Shown: positions 47,794 to 58,239, numbered from the stretch's first letter. The stretch: DNA of 64,000 nucleotides from Leptolyngbyaceae cyanobacterium (GCA_050331235.1 JBHJHA010000019.1:32001-96000); one strand, 5' to 3'. Notes: a model not told the origin generated them from the letters alone. Numbers and translations are program-made.

Positions 47794-49302
47794 GTGACTG
47801 GGCAATCCACTGAACAGCGAGTTGTGGTGATTGGTGCTGGCATTGGCGGATTGACAGCCGCGGCTTTATTGGCACACCGGGGGTATGACGTAGTGGCTTT
47901 TGACCAAGCCTATGTTCCCGGCGGCTGTGCTTCCACCTTTAAGCGTCGCGGTTTTACCTTTGACGTTGGAGCTACTCAAGTGGCCGGATTAGAAGCTGGC
48001 GGTATCCACCACACGATCTTCAATGAGCTGGACATACCCCTTCCAGAGGCGGTTCCTTGCGATCCCGCCTGCGCGGTATATTTGCCCTACGAATCCAAGC
48101 CTATTTCGATCTGGCGCGATCCCCAAGCTTGGCAGACTGAACGGCAGCAGCAGTTTCCGAGGAGTGAGCCGTTTTGGCAGTTATTGAGCACCTTGTTCCG
48201 AGCTAGCTGGCGATTTCAAAGTCGGGAGCCGGTCTTACCACCGCGCAGTCTATGGGATCTTTGGCAACTGAGTGCAGCCGTCCGACCTGACACATTGATT
48301 ACAGTGCCCTTTACGTTTTCAACCGTGGGCCAGTTGCTTAAGGCAATGGGATTGTACGGCGATCGCCGCCTCAAAACATTTTTAGATCTGCAGCTCAAGC
48401 TGTACTCCCAGGTTGGCGCAGACGAAACCGCCCTTCTCTACGCCGCAACCGCGTTAGGCGTTTCTCAAGCTCCCCAGGGTCTTTACCACCTAAAGGGCAG
48501 CATGCAAGTCTTGAGCGATCGCCTCGTGGCCAGCCTTCGACGAGATGGCGGCAAGCTTCTTATGCGACACACCGTCAAGCAGATTGAGTCCAACGCTGGA
48601 AAAGTAACTGGCGTCACCGTGCGGAATCACAAAGATGACACCACTTGGACTGAGCCAGCGGATATTGTGGTTAGCAATGTCACCGTGCAAAATCTCGTCA
48701 AGCTGCTGGGAGAGACCGCTCCCCAAGGCTATCAGCAACGGGTAGAGCAGCTACCGGCTGCTTCTGGTGCGTTCGTTGTGTACTTGGGGGTTGATCAGGC
48801 GGCGGTTCCCCACGGTTGTCCGCCTCACCTGCAATTCTTATACGACTATGATGGCCCGATTGGCGAAAATAATTCGCTGTTTGTTTCTGTCAGTCGCCCC
48901 GGCGATGGTCGCGCGCCCCAGGGCAAAGCAACCATCATTGCGTCTTCATTTACTGATTTACAGCCGTGGCAGAAGGCCGAAGATTACGATGCTTTGAAGC
49001 AGGAGTACACCCATACCGCGATCGCCCGATTGGGAGAGTTTTTCGACCTCAGGCCCGAACATTTGATTCACGTTGAAGCTGGTACCCCCCAGACTTTTGA
49101 ACGTTTTACCGGGCGCGATCGCGGCGCGGTCGGCGGCTTAGGAATGCGCGTGAGCACCTTTGGCCCATTCGGGTTTGCCAACCGCACTCCCCTACCAAAT
49201 CTCTGGCTCGTGGGCGACTGTACCCATCCAGGAGAAGGTACCGCCGGCGTTAGCTACTCAGCCCAAACCGTAGTCCGGCAAATTGCGGCCCAGTTCGAGT
49301 AA
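47794..49302 (+). CDS. crtD: Carotenoid C-3',4' desaturase
   Basis: GAGIGGL, FDVGATQVAGLE.GGIH, HPGEGTAGVSYS. Confidence 0.88.
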   Translation: MTGQSTEQRVVVIGAGIGGLTAAALLAHRGYDVVAFDQAYVPGGCASTFKRRGFTFDVGATQVAGLEAGGIHHTIFNELDIPLPEAVPCDPACAVYLPYESKPISIWRDPQAWQTERQQQFPRSEPFWQLLSTLFRASWRFQSREPVLPPRSLWDLWQLSAAVRPDTLITVPFTFSTVGQLLKAMGLYGDRRLKTFLDLQLKLYSQVGADETALLYAATALGVSQAPQGLYHLKGSMQVLSDRLVASLRRDGGKLLMRHTVKQIESNAGKVTGVTVRNHKDDTTWTEPADIVVSNVTVQNLVKLLGETAPQGYQQRVEQLPAASGAFVVYLGVDQAAVPHGCPPHLQFLYDYDGPIGENNSLFVSVSRPGDGRAPQGKATIIASSFTDLQPWQKAEDYDALKQEYTHTAIARLGEFFDLRPEHLIHVEAGTPQTFERFTGRDRGAVGGLGMRVSTFGPFGFANRTPLPNLWLVGDCTHPGEGTAGVSYSAQTVVRQIAAQFE

Positions 49303-49450
49303 TAATTGCGAAACATCATCGAAGCAGTAACCGTTGTAGTAGCAACAGGCTCAACACCAGCCGGGCAAGCTTTGCCTTGATCGACGCGGCGCTTAAAGGA
49401 GCTAATACCAATTCTCTAAGACTGGACTGTAGATGCATTTCTTGGAGCAA

Positions 49451-49490
49451 TCCCCTCAACTCCCCTTGCACAAAAGGGGGCAGCAAGGGA
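49451..49490. repeat. Cyanobacterial short dispersed repeat-like element
   Basis: TCCCCTCAACTCCCCTTGCACAAAAGGGGGCAGCAAGGGA; CCCCTT...AAGGGG hairpin core, between convergent genes. Confidence 0.5.
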
Positions 49491-49573
49491 GCCTCGACCC
49501 ATAACGCTTTCATGCAGAATCGGCACAATACCAGGCATAGCTGGTTGGCTATTTGCCTGAGAAGCAAGGATAC

Positions 49574-50548
49574 TTAGAGGACCGATTCTTGCTCCACAAG
49601 GATGCGACTCAAATCCAGATTGGGATTCGGCTCACCATTGACCGTCAGATACTCTAAGTCAATGAGAAAGGCTTCCAGCGCCGTTGGATAGTCGGGAAAA
49701 CGACCGACTTCTTCTCCCGAGGTGTTGTACTCCACTAACCCCCACGTATCTGTCGGATCATAATGGGCCAGCATGTATTCCCAACCGGCATCATATTCAT
49801 CCAGCAAAATCTTTTGTGCTACGTAACCAGCCAAAACACTATTTGCCCCTGGGAGGGGATCGGCTAGCGTTGAATCTTTGGTTTGGGTATACATGCTAAA
49901 CGCACTAGATCGCATTTCTTCAGGGAACTGCCGCGTCACATCGACGAGGGACCCGCCTTGAAATGACAGAAAGACAATCGGAGGCCTGGAACTAGCGTAG
50001 CTGCCAAAGGCATAGAGAAATCGCTGATCCGCGCTGAAGAATTCACGGTAACCGTCCCCATCTAAGTCTTCAAAAGATCCTGCTGCCGCCGCATCGAGCG
50101 GATACGTAATAGTGCGATGTAAGCGATCGCCCTGTAGAGAATAAATCGTGTAAATACTGCAGCAGTGCGCTCCCCCGGTGTAACGATGAAAAATCACCTC
50201 AGGTACGTCATCGGGGTCTAAATGTTCGATCGCTAAATTACCAAATAGAAAATCAACCTCTTGTCGCACGGCCGTCTGAAATTCGCCATTAATGTAGAGT
50301 TCATAGGCCAAGTAAGCGGTTTCATCCGTACGATAATCACGTGCCTGAAACTCAGTGATCAGTATGCGTACAGGGCCTGCCACTAGTTCTTGATTAGTGA
50401 GGTCATTGCCCCCGAGGTTGATTTCTGCCAGCGGTGCTGCCCACCCAGTCGAGCCATGGCCCAGCACCATTGCCCCGACTAAAAGCATTCCCTGCAGCCA
50501 ACTGTTGCCAAATCTGATCGGCCAAGCATTATCGATTTTGCCAAACAT
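49574..50548 (-). CDS. Secreted hypothetical protein with FG-GAP-like Ca-binding loops
   Basis: Signal peptide; HLDPDDVPEV, TGGAHCC, DLDGDGYREF. Confidence 0.78.
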   Translation of the reverse strand: MFGKIDNAWPIRFGNSWLQGMLLVGAMVLGHGSTGWAAPLAEINLGGNDLTNQELVAGPVRILITEFQARDYRTDETAYLAYELYINGEFQTAVRQEVDFLFGNLAIEHLDPDDVPEVIFHRYTGGAHCCSIYTIYSLQGDRLHRTITYPLDAAAAGSFEDLDGDGYREFFSADQRFLYAFGSYASSRPPIVFLSFQGGSLVDVTRQFPEEMRSSAFSMYTQTKDSTLADPLPGANSVLAGYVAQKILLDEYDAGWEYMLAHYDPTDTWGLVEYNTSGEEVGRFPDYPTALEAFLIDLEYLTVNGEPNPNLDLSRILVEQESVL

Positions 50549-51155
50549 TCCATTGACTCCCTTTAGTTATTGCCGCAAATATTGACCATCAAATTTATCC
50601 TTCAGTCTGGCTTCCTCGTATACCCATTCAGTTTCACTGATAAGTCATTCTCGCCGCGATGATTCATTCCGGGCATCACAGATTAACGAACTGTTGCGTT
50701 TCGACCTAATCGTTTGTGGGACTGATCCCCCGCAGAGCCCTCGGGATCAGCTCAGGTATGCTTATGTCAGTCCGTTCTCGCTTCAGTGCTGTTGATCTTG
50801 CTATCGTGTCTCGGATAAAAAAGCGAGCTCTCTGAGCTATCAGAAACGGTAGCGTAATTCTGCGGCCTGCTTTATTTCTTTTGGTAGAGAAGTTTTGACC
50901 AACAATTTGAAAAATAATGGTTGCAAATCCATCATTTTGTTGCATCCTTTTAGAAGAGATGTTTACCATTAGATCACTGTCTTAGTCTGCGCCCACAGCC
51001 TAAAGAATGAATGTCACTGATCTCCGACTGAGTTTATGTCACTCAAGGATGTTTGATTAGCTGATCAGCAGTTCATAAAGCTGCCCACAAGGCACTCACT
51101 TGCAATTGTCTCTGGTGAAACCGAGGTAAATCAGACTAGATTTAGGACGTTGGAA

Positions 51156-51860
51156 ATGGCTAAAAAGACTCCCTCCCTCGATTTACCATCCTTTATTGCC
51201 TCCGCGACGGAGACAGCACGAGATGATGACGGCATGGCCCTACCTTCCACTTCAGTGTCGTATTCGGTAGATCGCACCTCAGGGACTGATCGCGCCGCTT
51301 TGCCCCTACTGCCCCGGGCAAACCGACCGACCTTTAGTAGTCATCGTAACGACGCGAATGCAGCCCTAGCGCTGGATTTGCTGGCAGATGTCCAAACTGC
51401 CATCGTCAGTTGGCACCAGGCTCTAAGAGAGACTTTGTTAGAAATTCAGAAACTCTATATGTCTGGGCCCATTATTGAGGGCTGGCTAGAAGCCATCCAT
51501 TCGCACCCAGATGAGATTGGGCTCGACCGGCAGGCCGCCCTACTGCGGCATGGTGATGCTGACCAAATTGCCGCATATGTTGACAAACTATCTCAACAGC
51601 CGGCTGCCGATACCGACCGGCCCAGTAGCCAGTATCGCCTATGCCGTTTAGATGCGGAAGGCCAAATGCAGTGCGAGCTTTGTCCTCCCGAGCAGTTAGG
51701 GGTAATCGGTCAGGCGATCGCCCGCAATCAGCAACTCCGTCAACTCGTCAGTCAAAAACAATATTTAGAAGTCAAGCTTAAGCGCGCCTCAGAAGCCTTA
51801 GAGGTGACTCGTCAAGCTCTGGATTTGAAGCGCGAACTCACCGACTCAACTCAAGCCTAA
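51156..51860 (+). CDS. Conserved cyanobacterial hypothetical coiled-coil protein
   Basis: FSSHR..AN, GPIIEGWLE, YRLCRLD..G..QC..CPPEQL. Confidence 0.75.
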   Translation: MAKKTPSLDLPSFIASATETARDDDGMALPSTSVSYSVDRTSGTDRAALPLLPRANRPTFSSHRNDANAALALDLLADVQTAIVSWHQALRETLLEIQKLYMSGPIIEGWLEAIHSHPDEIGLDRQAALLRHGDADQIAAYVDKLSQQPAADTDRPSSQYRLCRLDAEGQMQCELCPPEQLGVIGQAIARNQQLRQLVSQKQYLEVKLKRASEALEVTRQALDLKRELTDSTQA

Positions 51861-51883
51861 ACCGAACGAATTGCCTCTTGTTG

Positions 51884-52519
51884 CTAGTTATTCAACGGCG
51901 GTCGCAGCGAAAGATAGGCCGTTAGCCCCAATAGTGGCACCACACTAAATAATGTAAACAGTTGCGAATTTTTGAGCCCCCGACGAGCCATATCGTCACC
52001 TAAAAGACTGGGCACCAACAGCCACAAAAGACAAAAGTCGAGACTCATCACGTGAATAAAGCGGCTAGTTTGCCACTGACGGACAAAGTCGGACCAGTCG
52101 CCCGCATAGGCACCATAGCCCATAAGAACCGTAGCTCCGATGAAGAGACTCGCCCCTAACCAACGAGCGTCAACCAAGGCGAGTACTTTAGATTTTGATC
52201 CTTCGAAGATGGGATGAGGATAGCGCAAGATTAGATAGGGCAATAGCAAGAAAGCTCCTAAGCCAAACGAGCCAATCACGAAGGGCCAAGCGGATATTCG
52301 TTGTCCATGGCCATCAATTAAGGCTAGGCAAGCGTAGGCCATCGGCCAAATGCCCATCAGATTAAACAACGCCACAACCACAGGATTGATGCCAGCCCAT
52401 TGCCCAGTCGCCAGATGTCGAATCAGCTGAGTCGTGTCAGGCTGATCGGGAGGAGCGAATTTGAACGCATAGACAATGAATCCAAGCCACAACGCTAATA
52501 AAATGATCCGGCGGGCCAT
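51884..52519 (-). CDS. DUF2834-like membrane protein
   Basis: LFNLMGIWP, GAFLLLPYL, SRFIHVMSLDF, DDMARRG. Confidence 0.75.
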   Translation of the reverse strand: MARRIILLALWLGFIVYAFKFAPPDQPDTTQLIRHLATGQWAGINPVVVALFNLMGIWPMAYACLALIDGHGQRISAWPFVIGSFGLGAFLLLPYLILRYPHPIFEGSKSKVLALVDARWLGASLFIGATVLMGYGAYAGDWSDFVRQWQTSRFIHVMSLDFCLLWLLVPSLLGDDMARRGLKNSQLFTLFSVVPLLGLTAYLSLRPPLNN

Positions 52520-52922
52520 GAAATTGCTCGACTACTAAGTTTTTCTCTGAATTATCAATCAACTTAACAAAATCTTCTAATTCTCTCCAAGGCCCCGTAC
52601 CGTATGAAGTGAAAGCAGTACGACTTATCTTCTTTGTTCAGCGATCGCGGCTGCTTCTGAGTCATCAGACTCTCAATTTACCCCGGTGTCTATTGCTCAC
52701 GACCTTTTTACCAAGTTCTTTTACCAAGCTCCAATGGTATGACGGCCCTTTAGTTAGGGTAACGTTGCGCTTAACGCCCGTTGATAATTGCATTGCTGCT
52801 CTGGTAACTATCGCCAAAATTTATCGTTCTCTTCTCACGCTGCTCACTCTTTTAAGAAAGCAGATACCTCCCTTGACAGTGTTTTGCGCAACGACCGATT
52901 TGCGGCAGAGAGGCCCTCTACG

Positions 52923-53852
52923 ATGAATGCCAATTACTTATTTGAACTCTATGAATCCGGTTATCGAGACTTCGCCGGTATTCATCTTCACAATGTCGAC
53001 CTGAAGCAGCGAATTTTGGTCGATGTCAATCTCCAGCAAGCGAGCTTGGCTAATGCCGACATCAGCCGGGCCTTTTTGACCAAGGCCAACCTCACGCATG
53101 CCAACCTCTATCGCGCTAACGCTAGCTTTGCCAAACTCAGCGAGGCAAACTTGTGCCATGCCCACCTCAACAAGGCCAACCTGCGCGGCACCTTCATGGT
53201 GAAATCCGATTTATCTGGAGCGCAACTCAGCGGGGCTAATCTCAGCGGGGCCAATCTACGGGGAGCGTCTTTGCGGGGGGCCAATCTCTGCGGCTGCAAT
53301 TTGCGGGGGGCTAATTTGCGGGGCGCTGACCTTCGTCATGCCAATTTATCCTGGGCCAACCTGAGCGGTGCCCGGCTCAGTGGAGCGGCTCTAGGACGGA
53401 CGTTTTTAGATGATGTCAATTTAGAAGGAGCTTATCTCAATGGCTTGAATCTTAGGGGCATGAACCTCAGCGGGACTAACTTGCAAGAGGCTAAACTCAA
53501 CGGTGCACAGCTAGACTACGCCGATTTGACCGCTAGTAATTTAAGTTTTGCGACCCTGAGAGAAGCTAGTTTACAAGAAACCAACATGACTGGGGCCAAT
53601 ATCACAGGAGCAATTCTCTGGCGCGCTACGCTACGCGGTGCAAGGCTTGACCGAGCAGATGTATCTTTAGCTAATTTGGCCGGGGCAACCCTTGAGGCCT
53701 GCTCAATCGAAGGGGCCGAGTTTACCGATGCGATCCTACCTAAACGCGCCGAATCAGCCTTATATGCTAAAGCCAAAGGCAACAGCCGCTGGGGTCCTCA
53801 ATCAACCCTAGAGACGTTACAGACTTCTCGGTTTGTTGAGCATCATTCATAA
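52923..53852 (+). CDS. Pentapeptide repeat protein
   Basis: Y..GYRDF start followed by a long A(N/D)LXX array. Confidence 0.93.
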   Translation: MNANYLFELYESGYRDFAGIHLHNVDLKQRILVDVNLQQASLANADISRAFLTKANLTHANLYRANASFAKLSEANLCHAHLNKANLRGTFMVKSDLSGAQLSGANLSGANLRGASLRGANLCGCNLRGANLRGADLRHANLSWANLSGARLSGAALGRTFLDDVNLEGAYLNGLNLRGMNLSGTNLQEAKLNGAQLDYADLTASNLSFATLREASLQETNMTGANITGAILWRATLRGARLDRADVSLANLAGATLEACSIEGAEFTDAILPKRAESALYAKAKGNSRWGPQSTLETLQTSRFVEHHS

Positions 53853-53978
53853 CTTAGATTTCAAACTTTTAGAGCTCAGCAATGAGTTGTTTTTAGTTCA
53901 CGGTTTATGCATTCACCTAGCCCCGGTGAAATTGCTGTACCCGATTAGTTTGTAGACGATCGCCAGAGGACAGCCCCC

Positions 53979-54296
53979 TTGACAGACTATTGCATCATCT
54001 TAGTCACGGTTGACCAACAAAATATGGCTGAAGAAATTGCGCAGGCACTCATCAGTCATCGTTTGGCCGCCTGCGTCAACTTATTTCCCGTCCACTCTGT
54101 TTACACATGGGAAGGCCAGGTCGAGCAGGCCCCAGAATGGCAGTTGACCATCAAGACTGATGCTTCACTGTTTGAGGCTATTGAGCAAATGCTAGCGACT
54201 CTACACCCTTATGATGTGCCGGAAATCATTGCCTTGCCTATACTTAAGGGCAATGCAGCCTATTTAGCTTGGCTGACCGACGTTACACATTCCTAA
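53979..54296 (+). CDS. cutA: Divalent cation tolerance protein CutA
   Basis: LAACVN, SVYTWEG, HPYDVPEII. Confidence 0.93.
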   Translation: MTDYCIILVTVDQQNMAEEIAQALISHRLAACVNLFPVHSVYTWEGQVEQAPEWQLTIKTDASLFEAIEQMLATLHPYDVPEIIALPILKGNAAYLAWLTDVTHS

Positions 54297-54339
54297 GCTG
54301 AATTCCGTCCCTGGTAGCAGCGGTTAAAACTACCCAGCC

Positions 54340-55251
54340 CTAAAATTCCGAACCTGTCCCGCTGCTGTTAGTGTCTGAGGTCTCAGATCGCTGCAAACTT
54401 TCGGCTTTTTGCAAGGCCTGATCGCTATTTTGCTGATAAGTAGCAACCCGATCCTGAGCGATCGCGTAGTTTTCACTATCGGGGGGCACCTCTGACATGA
54501 GATCTGCTGCCCGCTGCCAGCGCGCGGCTAAATCCAACCATTCGGCGGAGGTCTCTGCCGCTTGACCATCAGCCACGGCTTGCTGCGCTAACCGTACGGC
54601 CTGGCTAAACGCCGCTTGTGCGGAGGTCGCCGCAGTCGAATTAACATTGTCATTTCCCCCCGCCACGGTTGTGGGGGTGCCGTTATCTGCCGTAGCCCAA
54701 GTAATGCCCAAACGGTGTTTGAGCACCCAACCCAGCAGCAATAGCAGTAGGCAAAGGCTCGCGCCGCCTACTAATCCCCGCACAAAGTACTTTTGGCTCA
54801 GTTGGTTTTTCTTAGCGTCCGGAACTACAATCTCACTCCGCGACTTTGGCTGTTGCCAATCGCGCCACACTCGCACAAACGGGTTAGGCTGCTTGAGCTT
54901 GATGAGCTCTGACCAAAGCAACTGGTTTTCGGGATCGCGGGTAATTTCTTCAAACCACAGGAGCTGCTGTTCGCGAACGATGCGGCTATTGATATTGACC
55001 TTACGAATGCCTCGCGGAGAGAGGTCTTCAAGGATGGTACGCACCCGATCAACCACAGTGTCCTGCTGGAGTTGTTCAGCGGTAGGAGCCTCACACAGCA
55101 ATTGGAGGATGCCATCTGCCAAAATGGCCCGGGTTCTGATTTGTGCATCCCCAAGGCGCTCATTCAAAATTTGAATAATTGCCGCTACGCTACCCTGGCG
55201 CGCTTGACCCAGGATGTCATTGACCGAAGAATTCGTTTGAGCCGTTTGCAT
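54340..55251 (-). CDS. Conserved cyanobacterial membrane-anchored hypothetical protein
   Basis: QARQGSVAAIIQILN, SRIVREQQLLW, one TM, W...AARWQRA..LM..VP motif. Confidence 0.78.
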   Translation of the reverse strand: MQTAQTNSSVNDILGQARQGSVAAIIQILNERLGDAQIRTRAILADGILQLLCEAPTAEQLQQDTVVDRVRTILEDLSPRGIRKVNINSRIVREQQLLWFEEITRDPENQLLWSELIKLKQPNPFVRVWRDWQQPKSRSEIVVPDAKKNQLSQKYFVRGLVGGASLCLLLLLLGWVLKHRLGITWATADNGTPTTVAGGNDNVNSTAATSAQAAFSQAVRLAQQAVADGQAAETSAEWLDLAARWQRAADLMSEVPPDSENYAIAQDRVATYQQNSDQALQKAESLQRSETSDTNSSGTGSEF

Positions 55252-55699
55252 AGCTGGCAGGCACACTCAACAAAGTAAAGATCAGTTTAGCTCTTATCTT
55301 GAAATTCTCAATCTCCTCTACGAAAAAATATTTACTAAAAGGGATTCACTATCTAAAAAAGTTAGTTAATCACGCTCAGCTCAATTCCTGTACAAGCATC
55401 AATAGTTTACCAATAGCTTAGGAGAACAACGGATCCCTAGCATTTTTATCTAAAGCGGCGTTGGTGAAAACCCATTTTGGCATCTTTGGGTGACCGCCTA
55501 AATTGTCACCCTAATCTTTCGTATATCTTCCTTCAGCCTAAGAACGACCCCCGAGCAGTCGCTCATGAGTCAACCAGCAAAGGGCAGCCGCAATCCGGGT
55601 TTCAGGGAGGAAAATCTTGCGTAATTAATGTTAGTTCTTAGGGTATTCAATGATGTCCTTCGAAGCGATAGATCGAGCTATGGCGACAATTTCGCAATG

Positions 55700-56296
55700 C
55701 CTCATCAGTTTCAGTTTGTACGCTGAATATCGCTCCTCACGTCTTGTGAGTACTGGCGGTATTCCACACCGCCGAGCGGCTAGCACGGTCGAAGTTTTCA
55801 CAGGAGCCGATGCAGTTGACGATGACCGTGGGCATCTGATGCTCCCGGGCAATCTAACCCATCCGTTGGCTGATTGCTGCATGCCTGCGGCACTTTACCG
55901 GGGTGAGCCATGAGCACTGTCCTGTTGTCTCCGCTAACACCAAAAGGGCCGTTCATCAGCGTGCAAGTATTGCTTGAGGTAGACCTGCGGGGTCTGTGGG
56001 GATGACAAAGGACTAGACCGACGACCAACCCCGTGACCTTGCACCACGGGTAAACCAACACCAATGATGAGCTCATGGCGATCAGCCCATTACTGCAGCG
56101 ATCGCAGTTGGGCATCAGCGGGCGTCATTGCCAATGCTGCCGCCCACGAGGGCTGATATCCAGGAATCGACAATTCGGGAACAATCACCGCATCCGCTTG
56201 AAATTCTGCCGCCGGGTCAATCTATTGATGGTGAAAAATTACGTTGGTCGCAATGTCACCGTTGCTTGATCGGATTCGGGCAACCCCTAGTCTCAT
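55700..56296 (-). pseudogene. Decayed carbon-nitrogen hydrolase (nitrilase superfamily) gene
   Basis: Hand translation from ATG 56296: MRLGVARI..NGDIATNV..HHQ*ID..ADAVIVPELSIPGYQP..LQ*WADRHELIIGVGLP..YLKQYLHADERPF, later IAREHQMPTVIVNCIGSCENF..SAVWN; stops at 56224-56222 and 56092-56090. Confidence 0.82.
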
Positions 56297-56302
56297 CAGC
56301 TT

Positions 56303-57724
56303 CTAGGTCATCTTGGCCGCTAATTTACCTGTCGTTTCTACTCGACAGAGATAGGTAATCAGTGCGGCCAAACTGCAGCATCCCGCTAACGCGAGCAATA
56401 GCGCAGCCGTGCCCCAGGATGACTCTAAGATCGGAAGCACAAAGGTGCCGATTACGGCACCCGCTTTGGCGATCGCCGCTGCCAATCCAGCTCCACTCGC
56501 CCGAATTGCCGTGGGAAAAACCTCCCCAGACAGCAAAAAGGTAGTGGAATTGGGACCGGCATTCATCAATAAATTGAAAATCAAAAAGCCCGCAAATACC
56601 AGCACTAAACTATGGGATGTTGAAGCTGGCAAGCGACTGGCATAGGCCAAAACGCCCAACCCTAGAGCCATTCCCAGGAAGCCAATAATCTGCAACCGAA
56701 TCCGCCCAAGCTTTTCTACGAGCCAGATAGCCAGCAAAAAGCCCGCAATCAAAAATAGATCGACAAAGGCTGATCCCTTTGCCGAAGCCATTTCACGCAT
56801 CATAAAATGGTCTGTGCCGCTAAAGGCGATCGCCCCGATGATCGTCGGGGTGAAAATACCAATACCGTAGGTTGCAATGTCCTGCAAAAACCAGGGCACC
56901 GACGCTAGCAAAGTTCGGCGACGGTATGGCGCTTGGAACAGCGCAGCGTAGGTTACAGACGGCTCGGCATTAGCAGGATCATGGTCAGCCGTCAGCGTGA
57001 TCGGCTTGCCCAACAGCTGGGTCGCCGCCTCAGAGGCTTGGGCATAACCACCTCGGCTGAGGTAATAGCGAGGACTTTCTAAACTGAAACGCAGCCGCAC
57101 CAGCGCTACAGCGATCGCTAACAGCACTCCTATACCTAACATCCAGCGCCAGGCATACTGAATCGCCATTTGATCCATATCTGGATAGAACACCTGAAAG
57201 GCTCGAATCACCACCAATCCTGTCACGGCTCCTAACAAGGCCCCCACAGCTTGAAATGTGAAGGCCCCAATCACCATGCGGCCCCGGTGGCGCGCGGGGA
57301 TATTTTCCGTAATGTAGGAAACGCTGATGGGATAGTCAGCCCCAATGCCCACCCCCACCAAAAACCGAAAGCAAATCAATGAAGTCGCATCCCAGGCCAG
57401 GGCAGTTCCCGCTGTCGCGAAGACAAAAATGGCCACATCCACAATCAGCATGAGCTGTCGCCCTACCCGATCGGTAATCGGCCCCAGCAGCAACGAGCCC
57501 ACCAAAGCCCCAGCGACCGCTGCCGTTGCGATCGCCCCGATCTCCGTAGGGCCTAAGCCAAAGTCTCGTTCTAGAAAGGGAATCGCCACACCAATGATAA
57601 AAAAGTCGAAACCATCGAGGGCAATCAATCCTGCCGACAATAACCAGAGCAGCCACATGGTGCCTGTGAGCGGAGAGGCCTCTAACTCTTCTTCAAAGCT
57701 CGCAGGAGCCGGCGTGATCGTCAT
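56303..57724 (-). CDS. MFS transporter (sugar porter/Pho84-like)
   Basis: DGFD, TDRVGR, GIGADYP, GPNSTTF...EVFPT.IR; AAGGAAG upstream of ATG 57724. Confidence 0.92.
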   Translation of the reverse strand: MTITPAPASFEEELEASPLTGTMWLLWLLSAGLIALDGFDFFIIGVAIPFLERDFGLGPTEIGAIATAAVAGALVGSLLLGPITDRVGRQLMLIVDVAIFVFATAGTALAWDATSLICFRFLVGVGIGADYPISVSYITENIPARHRGRMVIGAFTFQAVGALLGAVTGLVVIRAFQVFYPDMDQMAIQYAWRWMLGIGVLLAIAVALVRLRFSLESPRYYLSRGGYAQASEAATQLLGKPITLTADHDPANAEPSVTYAALFQAPYRRRTLLASVPWFLQDIATYGIGIFTPTIIGAIAFSGTDHFMMREMASAKGSAFVDLFLIAGFLLAIWLVEKLGRIRLQIIGFLGMALGLGVLAYASRLPASTSHSLVLVFAGFLIFNLLMNAGPNSTTFLLSGEVFPTAIRASGAGLAAAIAKAGAVIGTFVLPILESSWGTAALLLALAGCCSLAALITYLCRVETTGKLAAKMT

Positions 57725-57975
57725 GGCTTTCTTCCTTTCCCATTTAAGCGGGCTTGATATATGCGATCGCCGTGCTGCCCAGATTAACAACTCGGTTTAA
57801 GACGTCATAACCCGGTCAACAACCGCTGTGCAAAGTTGCCCGCGACCCATTGTTGACAGTAGCCTATCGCCTGTTGCCCAGGCTAAATGTAGCCTCTAAC
57901 TACATCTGCAGTTGCCCATCGAGATGATATTCGGTCATGGAGTTATTGACAGCCACACAGCAGTCTCGGCAGTGC

Positions 57976-58239
57976 CTAGGAGACATCGCCCCCAGCCGCT
58001 TGCTCTTCAGCTTCAATTTTCTCCCGGGTTTCTCCCCAGTAGGCACTGACGGTGATGACTTCTTGATCGCCTTCAATTTCGGATCTCCAACGATAAATGG
58101 TGTTTTTAGGATTCACACCTACTTCGATGAGTTTGGCCCCCATGTAGTAAGTCATCGAGTCCCGAGTGCGCTGCTTAAAAAACTCTGACTGATTTTTGGG
58201 CACCGTGCGCGATAGGTGTGCCTGCGTATGTTTGGCCAT
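57976..58239 (-). CDS. Small hypothetical protein
   Basis: MAKHTQAHLSRT...YYMGAKLIEVG...IYRW...SAYWG; protein-like composition. Confidence 0.72.
   Translation of the reverse strand: MAKHTQAHLSRTVPKNQSEFFKQRTRDSMTYYMGAKLIEVGVNPKNTIYRWRSEIEGDQEVITVSAYWGETREKIEAEEQAAGGDVS

Noticed and set aside
49316..49577. Short ORFs of 83 and 66 aa after crtD
   Set aside because: Run through the repeat element; no recognisable family or SD
53000..53720. DNA-level 15-bp periodicity
   Set aside because: Simply the coding pattern of pentapeptide repeats
55631..56358. Several 64-105 aa ORFs on both strands
   Set aside because: Explained as off-frame readings of the decayed C-N hydrolase gene
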